Positions 28,575 to 36,891 of a stretch of 64,000 nucleotides of DNA are shown here, one piece after another (the first letter of the stretch is position 1; the number at the start of each line of letters is the position of its first letter). The position numbers were made by a program, and so were the translations under genes. The notes below the pieces were generated by a model. The model worked only from the letters and a program-made list of their open reading frames with translations. It did not search any database and was not told where the DNA came from. This stretch comes from Candidatus Saccharimonadota bacterium (GTDB lineage Bacteria; Patescibacteriota; Saccharimonadia; Saccharimonadales; Saccharimonadaceae): contig JAEETK010000001.1 of NCBI GenBank assembly GCA_016290315.1, forward strand, positions 83,157 to 147,156, written 5' to 3'.

Positions 28575-29336
28575 TTATTCTTTGGGAAGATATTTTATAT
28601 ATTCGTAGGTGCTGAGTTTAGCGCGTTTTTTCATGATTGATTCTACGCTATTCTGTAGAAAGCGAATCTTTTCTTTACGTGAGAGGTTATTGGGGATTTT
28701 GACGGGTCCGTCTATATAGATGGTTATTTTTGGTTTTTTGCGGAATTTGGTCTTTTGGTATGTGGTGGTAGCTACAAATACTGGAGCTTCGATAGTGATC
28801 GGAAAGTGAAAAGCGGCTAACTTCATTGGCCTAATGCCGGTATACCATGGCCAAACATGTGCTTCTGGATAAGTGATGACGGCTTTCTTTTGTGAGATAC
28901 GAGTGCGGATTGCGTCGTTGAATTTTTGAAGTTGGCGAATATTATCGGGGATTGGCAGGGCGCCGGCAAGCGGGAGATACTTTCCGATGGCGACAATTCC
29001 GAGATTTGCAGGACTGCATATAAGGTAGGGGTGTTTTGGGAAAGTAGTAATGAAGTGGTTAATGACGTCGCCAAAGACTTGTGTGTGGCTGGAGTATAAA
29101 AAATAACCTTGGTGTCCAGCTGCTTTGAGAGCGTTGCGATTTATGATTTTGATGCGTGCGTAAAATTTTTGATAGCAAAAGACATATATAACGATAATCG
29201 GGTAGAGTATGTTTTCCAAGAGACGTAGAAAAGGGCGACGGCTAATCCATTCGTAGTCTTTTGGTAACTTATAGTTTTGCTGCTTGCTTTCGGAAAAATC
29301 TTGCTCGAAAGAACTATAGTATCTTATTTCACTCAT
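28575..29336 (-). CDS. acyltransferase-like membrane protein (LPLAT-like)
   Basis: 253 aa with LYSSHTQVFGD (an H..D motif with one extra residue) and ITYPEAHVW. It is the last gene of the zur-znu transcription unit. Confidence 0.5.
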   Translation of the reverse strand: MSEIRYYSSFEQDFSESKQQNYKLPKDYEWISRRPFLRLLENILYPIIVIYVFCYQKFYARIKIINRNALKAAGHQGYFLYSSHTQVFGDVINHFITTFPKHPYLICSPANLGIVAIGKYLPLAGALPIPDNIRQLQKFNDAIRTRISQKKAVITYPEAHVWPWYTGIRPMKLAAFHFPITIEAPVFVATTTYQKTKFRKKPKITIYIDGPVKIPNNLSRKEKIRFLQNSVESIMKKRAKLSTYEYIKYLPKE

Positions 29337-30178
29337 TTTATTTTATTATATAACCAGGATAAGATTAGCGCGATTAAATTAGCAAGAACGATAGTCGCGC
29401 CAGTTGGTGTACTTAGGATATATGAAATCGTCAGACCGATAATGAAACAAATTATAGCTAAGATGACGGAAGCGATAATGCTACCGCGGAATGTTTTGCT
29501 GAGATAGAGTGCGGACAAGCAAGGAAAAATGATTAGGCTTGAGATAAGTAGCGCGCCAAGCATACGCATGCCGATTACTATAATTAGTGAACAGAGCGTA
29601 GCTAAAATAGTGTTGTATAGTTGAACTTTAATGCCAATTGCTTTAGCGAATTCTTCATCGAATGTAATAGCGAATATTTGACGTCTAAATAATAGAAATA
29701 CAAAAATGATAATGATTCCCACGATGATACAGAGTTTTAAGTCGTGTTCGCTGATAGCGAGAATACTTCCAAATAGGTAAGAGTTTAAATCGATATTTAC
29801 ACCTTTATTTATAGAAATAAGGAATGTACCTAAAGCGAGGGCGGACGCCGACAACACGGCAATTGCGGCGTCGCCGTTAATTTTAGCGTTTTGACTAAGG
29901 CGGAGGATTAGGATAGCCGATATTGCAACGATTGGAATAGAGAATTCTAGCGGCGCAATGTTAAGAATAGTAGCGATTGATGCGGCCCCAAAAGCAACGT
30001 GGGACAGTCCGTCGCCAATCATTGATTGTTTTCGAAGAACGAGACTAGACCCGATAAGCGCAGAACATATAGTGATAATGATTCCCGCCATTAATGCGCG
30101 GAGGATAAAATCATAATTTAGCATTTCGATTAAACTAGTGAGCATGGATTCTCCTAACATATTCTTTGGTGGCTCCAA
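29333..30178 (-). CDS. znuB: metal (Zn/Mn) ABC transporter permease
   Basis: 281 aa, polytopic, ABC-3 family pattern. Confidence 0.8.
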   Translation of the reverse strand: MEPPKNMLGESMLTSLIEMLNYDFILRALMAGIIITICSALIGSSLVLRKQSMIGDGLSHVAFGAASIATILNIAPLEFSIPIVAISAILILRLSQNAKINGDAAIAVLSASALALGTFLISINKGVNIDLNSYLFGSILAISEHDLKLCIIVGIIIIFVFLLFRRQIFAITFDEEFAKAIGIKVQLYNTILATLCSLIIVIGMRMLGALLISSLIIFPCLSALYLSKTFRGSIIASVILAIICFIIGLTISYILSTPTGATIVLANLIALILSWLYNKIK

Positions 30179-30803
30179 AGAACGGCAGGTTTGGATCGAG
30201 GGAGAGGATTTTGTTTCCGATTAGGTTGTTGTGGTCGAGGTCGTGCGTGACCATAAGTATGGTAGTGGATTTATTCAGTTTTTCTAGGGTACGATAAAAT
30301 TCCTGTTTCGAGTTATAATCGAGGTTATTTGACGGCTCGTCGAGTATTAACAGATTAGAGCTTGCAACGAGGGCTCGAGCGAGTAAAACACGTTGGCGTT
30401 GTCCGCCTGACAATGTGCTAAATTGTTGGCGAGCGATGTCCGCTATGCGTAATGTGCCAAGAGCTTTTTCTATTTTTTGTTTCGGATACTTGGAAAATAA
30501 ACCGATTTGGTTTAGGCTGCCGGATGCTACAACTTCGTATACAGAGGCGGGAAATGAAGGGTTATAATGCGGGTTTTGTGGCAAATAGCCTATTACTTTA
30601 CGCTGGGAATGATTTTCAAATTGAATTTCTCCTTGGTTTGGCTTGATTTCTCCAAGTAAACACTTAAGAAGAGTCGATTTGCCGCTCCCGTTAGGACCAA
30701 CAATACAGAGAAAATCATTCTTTTCGACGGTGAAAGACAAGTTGCGGAAAATATAATGATTTCCATATTTAAGACTAAGGTTTTTAATTTGTAATACGGT
30801 CAT
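30135..30803 (-). CDS. znuC: metal ABC transporter ATP-binding protein
   Basis: Walker A GPNGSGKST, signature LSGGQRQR and Walker B LILDEPSNNLD. Confidence 0.85.
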   Translation of the reverse strand: MTVLQIKNLSLKYGNHYIFRNLSFTVEKNDFLCIVGPNGSGKSTLLKCLLGEIKPNQGEIQFENHSQRKVIGYLPQNPHYNPSFPASVYEVVASGSLNQIGLFSKYPKQKIEKALGTLRIADIARQQFSTLSGGQRQRVLLARALVASSNLLILDEPSNNLDYNSKQEFYRTLEKLNKSTTILMVTHDLDHNNLIGNKILSLDPNLPFFGATKEYVRRIHAH

Positions 30804-31779
30804 GAAGAGCCTTGTCGAGGTTGTTTAAATTATCAGTCATAATGTCAACATATGAATATCCAGCGTTGAAGTCTTCTAGGGAGACATTGTGGAGAGAATG
30901 CCAAGTTAGTTGGTGGGCGCCGGTGGATTCTGCGAGCGTTTGAGCAATTTTAGTGTTCGTTAGTTCCAGATGAAAAATGATTTTTTCGTGGTTTTGCGTA
31001 ATTATTTTGCTCAGTTCTGCAATCGTCTTTGCGGAGGCTTCGGTCTGCTCGGAGCAACCTGGGAAAGCAGCGATATAGTCGAATCCGTATTCTTCGACAA
31101 AATACTTAAAAGGGAACCGATCTGCGACTATTAGCGTACCGGTCTTTTTATCAGCTAGCCGTTGGAATTTTTTGTCTAGCTCGTTAATTTCTCCAGTAAG
31201 TTGCTCTAGGTTCCGTTGATATGTAGCAGTACTGTCGGGATTGCTGTTTTTAAAGGCTTGGGCAATTGTTTTTGCTATTTTAATAGCGTTTTTGGGGCTA
31301 GTCCAAATATGCTCGTCATATTCTTCTTGCTCACCTTCTTCTTTCTCTAAGATACCGTCTTTGTTTTCTGTTTTTAGCTCAACCGAATCCATCATGCGAA
31401 TTATGATGGTGTTTGCTGTGTTGATTTCTGATATTATTTTTTCGACCCATTCCTCTGATTCTCCGCCATTGTATATGAAAATGTCTGAGTTTTTTATATC
31501 TACAATGTCTTGAGGTGAGGGTTCGTAACTGTGAAGATCGGATCCTGGCTGTATGAGCATTTTATTTTGAACGTCGGTGTCTTTGCTAATACTACGCGCC
31601 AAGTCGTAGGCAGGGAAGATGGTTGCAACTACTTTGATTTCGTGTTTTTCTGGTTCCTGTTCATTGATTGGTAGGAAAAATAGAGTAGAGAAGATGCCGA
31701 TTAGTGAGAGGATAAATAATACCTTTATAAATGTTTTCATATTACTCGGCTTCCTCCTGGCATTTCTCGCATACGCCAT
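30784..31779 (-). CDS. znuA: metal ABC transporter substrate-binding protein (TroA/ZnuA cluster 9)
   Basis: Signal/anchor sequence, VVATIFPAYDLA and EHIWTSPKNA. It has an acidic, His-containing loop (EKEEGEQEEYDEH) of the kind seen in ZnuA. Confidence 0.8.
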   Translation of the reverse strand: MAYARNARRKPSNMKTFIKVLFILSLIGIFSTLFFLPINEQEPEKHEIKVVATIFPAYDLARSISKDTDVQNKMLIQPGSDLHSYEPSPQDIVDIKNSDIFIYNGGESEEWVEKIISEINTANTIIIRMMDSVELKTENKDGILEKEEGEQEEYDEHIWTSPKNAIKIAKTIAQAFKNSNPDSTATYQRNLEQLTGEINELDKKFQRLADKKTGTLIVADRFPFKYFVEEYGFDYIAAFPGCSEQTEASAKTIAELSKIITQNHEKIIFHLELTNTKIAQTLAESTGAHQLTWHSLHNVSLEDFNAGYSYVDIMTDNLNNLDKALHDRITN

Positions 31780-32152
31780 TAATTATAAGGTCGTAATTGG
31801 TAATTTTGAATAGGTGCTTTTTTGCGATATGTTTTGAAAAGCTGCGCAAGTGTCGGCAGTCCAAGTGATATATGTGATGGCATTTGTTGCATTCTAAATA
31901 AAAATGATTTTCATTTTTGCATGGCTTCATGTAAAAGTAGCATGCCGTATTGTCTGAGGCGAGACTCTTATGGAGAACGCCCTTAGCTGAAAAATCGTCA
32001 AGAAGACGATATATTGTACTGATTCCCATGGGGTTTTCATTCTCAACTAATCTAGCAGCGATTTCTTTAGCAGTGAAGGGCTTGTGAAATGATTGGGCGG
32101 TTTGCAGAAAGTAATCTCGGTTGATGGTGTGGTATTTTGTACGGCTTGACAT
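31742..32152 (-). CDS. zur: Fur family metalloregulator (likely Zur)
   Basis: Winged-helix N-terminal half with CxxC pairs (CNKCHH.., CEKC). It is the first gene of the znu operon. I prefer ATG 32152, behind AGGAG, over the track's ATG 32182, which lies inside the operator palindrome. Confidence 0.75.
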   Translation of the reverse strand: MSSRTKYHTINRDYFLQTAQSFHKPFTAKEIAARLVENENPMGISTIYRLLDDFSAKGVLHKSLASDNTACYFYMKPCKNENHFYLECNKCHHIYHLDCRHLRSFSKHIAKKHLFKITNYDLIINGVCEKCQEEAE

Positions 32153-32170
32153 GGGCTCCTTAAATTTGGG

Positions 32171-32183
32171 AATGATTATCATT
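32171..32183. promoter_or_regulatory. Fur/Zur-box-like perfect palindrome
   Basis: AATGAT-T-ATCATT, a 6-1-6 inverted repeat that resembles half of the classical Fur box GATAATGATAATCATTATC. It lies about 20 nt upstream of the preferred zur start. Confidence 0.6.
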
Positions 32184-32276
32184 TTAGTATATGGCGAATT
32201 ATTTTATCTGTAAAGTGTCTTGTGCGGTTAATATCTTATCAATATTTGCCGTTTATGATAAAATGGTGGGGAAGCT

Positions 32277-32642
32277 ATGAAAGAATTAGCGGAAGATTAT
32301 AAGGCGATTTGGAAAAAGGATCGTGGCCTATTGTGGTGGATGGGGGCGAATTTTTTGCTTAATTTGTGGCTTTTTCTTGTTCCGTTTTTTAGCTTGGATT
32401 CGTCGCATCCGAAGATCTGGGCGCGCTATTCTGATATTAGTAATGGTTACCAGCAAAGCGAATGGTGGTATTTGTTGTCTTTCTCGATAATTGCGATAGC
32501 TATAGGTGTAGGGCACACGATTATTGGGGCGCGGATTTTTTCGAAACGTGGCAAAGATATTGCTAGATTGTTCTTGGGTGTCAGTTGCGCAATTACGATT
32601 GTAGCATTGCGCTTCTTGATGAGTATTCTTGGAGAAGGATAA
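32277..32642 (+). CDS. small hypothetical membrane protein
   Basis: 121 aa with three or four TM helices. Its stop overlaps the start of the downstream GT2 gene (TAAATG). Confidence 0.55.
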   Translation: MKELAEDYKAIWKKDRGLLWWMGANFLLNLWLFLVPFFSLDSSHPKIWARYSDISNGYQQSEWWYLLSFSIIAIAIGVGHTIIGARIFSKRGKDIARLFLGVSCAITIVALRFLMSILGEG

Positions 32643-34265
32643 ATGTCAAAGGTTGTAGAAATACCGGTGGGAAAACGTAAGCCACTGTATCGTTTTTTTG
32701 AACTATTGCCTGGATTACTAAGCTATGGAATGATTATTCTGTTATTCGTTCTCTCAGCGATAAATCCAATTTTGGGTTCATGTTATATTTTGCTGATTGT
32801 GATTATGAACTTAGTCAAGGCGATAGGGATTGCTTTTCGAACCGTGCAAGGCTATAAGGCAATAAAGCGATGTATTCGTGTAAATTGGCGCAAGAGGCTA
32901 GACGATCTAGAGAATCCTGCTGATAGTTATGATAGATTAGCGGGTACGAAGAGCAGCTCCTATGAATATGGGCAACATTTGAATAATCTTTGCATGATGG
33001 CTGCGGCCGAGGATGGTTTTTATCCAAAGCCGAGCGAGATATACCATGCCGTAATTGTTACATTGTATAACGAATCGCTCGATGTATTAGTTCCAACTAT
33101 GGAGTCTTTGCTAAAAACAACTTATGAAAAAAAGCGTATGATTGTGGTGATTGCATATGAAGAGCGAGGTGGTCCAGAAGCAGAAAGAGTTGCGAAAACA
33201 TTAGAAAAAAATTACCGAAAGAAATTCGGCGCTTTTATTATAGCGAAGCATTCAGACGGCATTAAAAATGAAGTAGTTGGCAAAGGAGCGAATATAACAA
33301 ATGCTGGTCGCGTAGTGCAAGAATACGCCAAAGAACATAATATTCGTTATAGTAATGTGATAGTAACAACTTTAGACTGCGATAATAAGCCGCATCGGGT
33401 TTATTTTGATAATGTGGCGTACGAATATATTGTTCATGAAGATCGAAAGAGGATGAGTTATCAGCCTGTTTCGTTGTTCACGAATAACATTTGGGATGCT
33501 CCGGCAATTTCACGCGTTGTGGCGTCAACGAATTCATTTTGGAACGTTATTTGTACGATGCGACCTCATATGTTGCGTAATTTTGCATCGCATTCACAAC
33601 CGCTCGATGCGCTTGTGGAAATGGATTTTTGGAGCGTGCGCACGATTGTTGAGGACGGACACCAATATTGGCGAAGTCTGTTTTATTTTGATGGAGACTA
33701 TGAGGTATTACCGATTAGAACGCCGATTTATCAGGATGCGGTATTGTCGAATACGTTATGGCGTACGCTGAAAGCGCAGTGGGTACAGTTGCGGCGTTGG
33801 GACTATGGCGCAAGCGATATAGCCTTTGTGGGCACTTATATGTTTTCAAAGAAACGAACCATAAAACTGAGTTCGTTAGTGCCGAAGTTTATACGTTTGT
33901 TGGATGGTCACGTGACTCTGGCGGCGATTGCGCCAATAATTGCATTTGGTGGCTGGGTGCCATTAATATTCCATTACGATACGCGCGATTTGCTATCGCA
34001 TAATTTGCCAATGGTAGTAAGTTATATTCAGACGGTTGCGGCGGCTGGCTTGTTTATTTCGTTGGTATTGTCCCTAAAAATGTTGCCAGAACGCCCAGTG
34101 CGCTATCCGAAAAGTAAAAAGATATGGATGGTACTGCAGTGGATTTTGGCGCCACTGACAGCTATCGTATATTCTTCGTTCTGTGCTTTCTATTCGCAAA
34201 CGCGTTTGCTTCTAGCGTTATATATGGAAAAGTTTGATGTTACTGAGAAGGTCGTTAAAAAATAA
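32643..34265 (+). CDS. processive family 2 glycosyltransferase (membrane beta-glycan synthase-like)
   Basis: 540 aa with N- and C-terminal TM bundles. Motifs are VIVTLYNES, TTLDCDNKP (DxD), IVEDGHQY (TED-like) and QLRRW (QxxRW). Confidence 0.7.
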   Translation: MSKVVEIPVGKRKPLYRFFELLPGLLSYGMIILLFVLSAINPILGSCYILLIVIMNLVKAIGIAFRTVQGYKAIKRCIRVNWRKRLDDLENPADSYDRLAGTKSSSYEYGQHLNNLCMMAAAEDGFYPKPSEIYHAVIVTLYNESLDVLVPTMESLLKTTYEKKRMIVVIAYEERGGPEAERVAKTLEKNYRKKFGAFIIAKHSDGIKNEVVGKGANITNAGRVVQEYAKEHNIRYSNVIVTTLDCDNKPHRVYFDNVAYEYIVHEDRKRMSYQPVSLFTNNIWDAPAISRVVASTNSFWNVICTMRPHMLRNFASHSQPLDALVEMDFWSVRTIVEDGHQYWRSLFYFDGDYEVLPIRTPIYQDAVLSNTLWRTLKAQWVQLRRWDYGASDIAFVGTYMFSKKRTIKLSSLVPKFIRLLDGHVTLAAIAPIIAFGGWVPLIFHYDTRDLLSHNLPMVVSYIQTVAAAGLFISLVLSLKMLPERPVRYPKSKKIWMVLQWILAPLTAIVYSSFCAFYSQTRLLLALYMEKFDVTEKVVKK

Positions 34266-34390
34266 CGTACTCATGCTTTATTGCCTCATCTTTTTAGATT
34301 AAATTTAGAGTATTAATTTAATTTGGAGGTAAAAATGAAGTCTGGGCCGTGATTTTTTGATGCTATTTGTAAATAATATTGGAGGTAATT

Positions 34391-35467
34391 GTGAGACATA
34401 TAGAGAAATATGGATTAATATTTAGTTTTTTAATGGCAGTTTTTGTAGCACCGTCAGTTGGTGCGACTAGCGCGAGGGTAGCGGATAATCCAAATAGCGC
34501 GCAATGAATTGGCGTTTCACACAGTATGACTGGTTTAACGAACTCTGCAAATAATAGTTATACATTTAATATAATTCAGGACGAACAGAATCCGGCTATA
34601 GTGGAAAATATGCCGACCGAGCTAGAAATGAATTTTCGCGGTTCGCCAGATGAGAACGGCATAGTTAACGTAACGAGCCAACTCGATATTGGACAATTGG
34701 ATTTTACGGCTTTGGGCGATTATAAGTTTTCAATACGCGAGGTAGCATCTTCCGATGCATCGAATTACCCAATCGATAGTGATGATGAGTTTTTCTTTTA
34801 TGTTAGCGTACGAAATAAATTAGATGAGAATAATCATCCAACTGGCGAGTATATAGCAAGCTTGAGCAGCCAAGTAAAGAATCATGATACTGGCGAAAAA
34901 GAAGATGCGATATTTCAGTCGAGCGCGACTAGAAGCTATGTGCGAGTAACAAATAAAGTGACTGGTAATTTGGCAAATGAAAACGATTATTTCAAGTACC
35001 GAATTGAGTTCGAAAATGCACCAGAAGGTGATGAATATGTAGTTTCTGGACAGGATGCGATAGTAAGTTATAAAGGCGAATCGATTTCGACTGTTAGTAA
35101 AATAGTTGTTGGCCAGGATAACTATATATACCTAAAGCATGGCCAGACGGCAACGATTGGCTTGAATGGAAATTACGATGAATTGCCGATTGGGCTTAAT
35201 TATAGACTCGTTGAGGTTGAGGGGAACGGCTATGCGCAGTATGTTGATGGTGTGGCCGGCGGTACTTCAGCTACGAAGACTGTTACGGTAGATGCGGATA
35301 GTAGCGGAAATATTGTAAGCTTTATTAATCATAAAGAAGGCGATATCTTGACTGGCATAGTAATGAATGTTCTGCCATATTTACTAGCTATTAGCACGAT
35401 CGGCGGTTTAGCGTTGGCATGGAGGGTGATTAAGAAAAAACATAAAGAAACAAAATGCTCAAGATAA
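34391..35467 (+). pseudogene. FctA/Spy0128-like sortase-dependent pilin paralog, interrupted by one in-frame TGA
   Basis: SD GGAGG lies 5 nt before GTG 34391. A 38-aa signal-peptide segment (..FLMAVFVAPSVGATSA..) follows, then TGA at 34505-34507. The same frame continues into the 313-aa track ORF, with GDYKFSIREV..FFFYVSVRN and the C-terminal DILTG, hydrophobic stretch and KKKHK. Confidence 0.7.
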
Positions 35468-35757
35468 GAAACAAGGCGTGGCGAGGGTGGGCGCGCCTGG
35501 TGATGAAAGTATTATTTGTTAGCGGATCAATTTATTTGTTGTTTGGAGTATTATTTGGGGTTGCTCGTGGGGTTGGGGCGTCTGACGGGGAAATGCTACT
35601 GTATTGTAGAATATGCAGACAGTATGTGGCCGGAGATGTCTTATTAATGAGTGATGGGCGTTGTGTTGAATATGGCAATGGCGGCGGTGGGATGGTGGCG
35701 GGAAAGATTATAGCTCAACTAGGCGTGCGGAATTTTACGTATGAAATTAGTGAATAG
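35455..35757 (+). CDS. truncated SipA-like (S26 signal-peptidase-like) protein
   Basis: 100 aa. The N-terminal TM and following segment align by eye with the 169-aa paralog at 53025. The C-terminal half is missing. Confidence 0.45.
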   Translation: MLKIRNKAWRGWARLVMKVLFVSGSIYLLFGVLFGVARGVGASDGEMLLYCRICRQYVAGDVLLMSDGRCVEYGNGGGGMVAGKIIAQLGVRNFTYEISE

Positions 35758-36451
35758 CTTACTAAACTTTATTATGTACGTAGCATTAGCGCCGCTTGTC
35801 TTGGTTAGTTTATACGTGATATATGATAGCTGCAAGGTTTCTAAATCGGCCGCTATAGATGCCTCATTAGTATCATTAGTAAATCAAGATGGAGATGAAG
35901 TTTTTGACGCTTTGGAAGAAGAAAGTGAGTATACAATTGCCTGGTTGCGAATTGAGGGAACTAATATAAATTATCCAGTAGTGAAAGGAAAAGATAATGC
36001 TTGGTTTTTGAATAGAAACTATAGGGGAGAATTTGCGACTGCAGGGAGTCTATTTTTAGATTATAGAAATGAGGGTGATTTTAGTGATGCCTTCTCGATT
36101 ATTTATGGTCACAGGATGGGGAATGGCGAGATGTTTTCTGACATACAAAAATTCAAAAATGACGATTTCTTCAGTGCACACAAAAGGGGGGTATTGAAGC
36201 GGCGAGGTGGCAGTTATGGGTTGGAAATATCTGCTTATGCAGAGGTAAATTCGAAAGACTGAAATATATATAATACCGAAGTGAGTCGCAACAATAATAG
36301 CTTTGCCGTAACGAAGACGATATTTGATAGTGCGATTCATAAGCGCAGTCGCGGGGATAGTGGTCGCTTTATACTGCTATCGACATGTGACGGCGAGAGT
36401 AAGGATAGGCGAGACGTGTTGCTTGTTCGTATAATGGATGACGATAGTTAA
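35741..36451 (+). pseudogene. class B-like sortase paralog, interrupted by one in-frame TGA
   Basis: Residues 1-173 (..NINYPVVKGKDNAWFLNRNY..IIYGHRMGNGEMF..) end at TGA 36260-36262. The same frame continues for 62 codons and encodes LLSTCDGESKDRRDVLLVR, which holds the catalytic Cys and Arg. Confidence 0.7.
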
Positions 36452-36613
36452 AGGTTCCTTATGCCGCCGTCGTAAGCAAAATATATAGCTCATATTAGTC
36501 ACGTTTGACACGACACGTTCCGGCCGCTTATTCCAGAGATATCCTTTTGATACGATCCTTGCTCCAGCAAATCAGGAATCGTCGGAGAATACAATACAAA
36601 CACGAGACATTGC

Positions 36614-36652
36614 AAAAGGCCACATCTAGAACTCTCACAGATGCGGCCTTTT
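36614..36652. terminator. hairpin terminator between pilus locus 1 and tRNA-Ala
   Basis: 14-bp stem AAAAGGCCACATCT / AGATGCGGCCTTTT with one mismatch, and A/T runs on both sides. Confidence 0.55.
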
Positions 36653-36721
36653 GCGGATAATTCCACGTTTATGCGAAGTTACTCATATTTTTTAAGGATA
36701 AAAATTCGAGTAACAAACTTT

Positions 36722-36797
36722 TGGTGGAGTGTAGGAGGTTCGAACTCCTGACCTACTGATTGCGAACCAGTCGCTCTACCAACTGAGCTAACACCCC
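36722..36797 (-). tRNA. tRNA-Ala (anticodon CGC)
   Basis: Manual fold. Acceptor GGGGTGT/ACACTCC carries the G3-U70 Ala identity pair. Loop is ttCGCaa, T-arm AGGAG-TTCGAAC-CTCCT. CCA is encoded. A TGcTATAAT promoter lies upstream. Confidence 0.88.
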
Positions 36798-36891
36798 GAC
36801 GGATGAAGATATTATAGCACTAAATGATTAAAAAATGCTATGATGAATAGATAGCTATGATAGCTAGTTCTTCTGTAAAAAACTGTATGAA

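Noticed and set aside
34335-34352. A mini-ORF (MKSGP-TGA) behind a strong SD, plus a duplicated TTGGAGGTAA motif upstream of the pilin paralog. This might be a leader peptide or attenuator.
   Set aside because: It is only five codons long, there is no terminator/antiterminator alternative structure that I could find, and it may simply be a duplicated ribosome-binding region. It is too weak to call.
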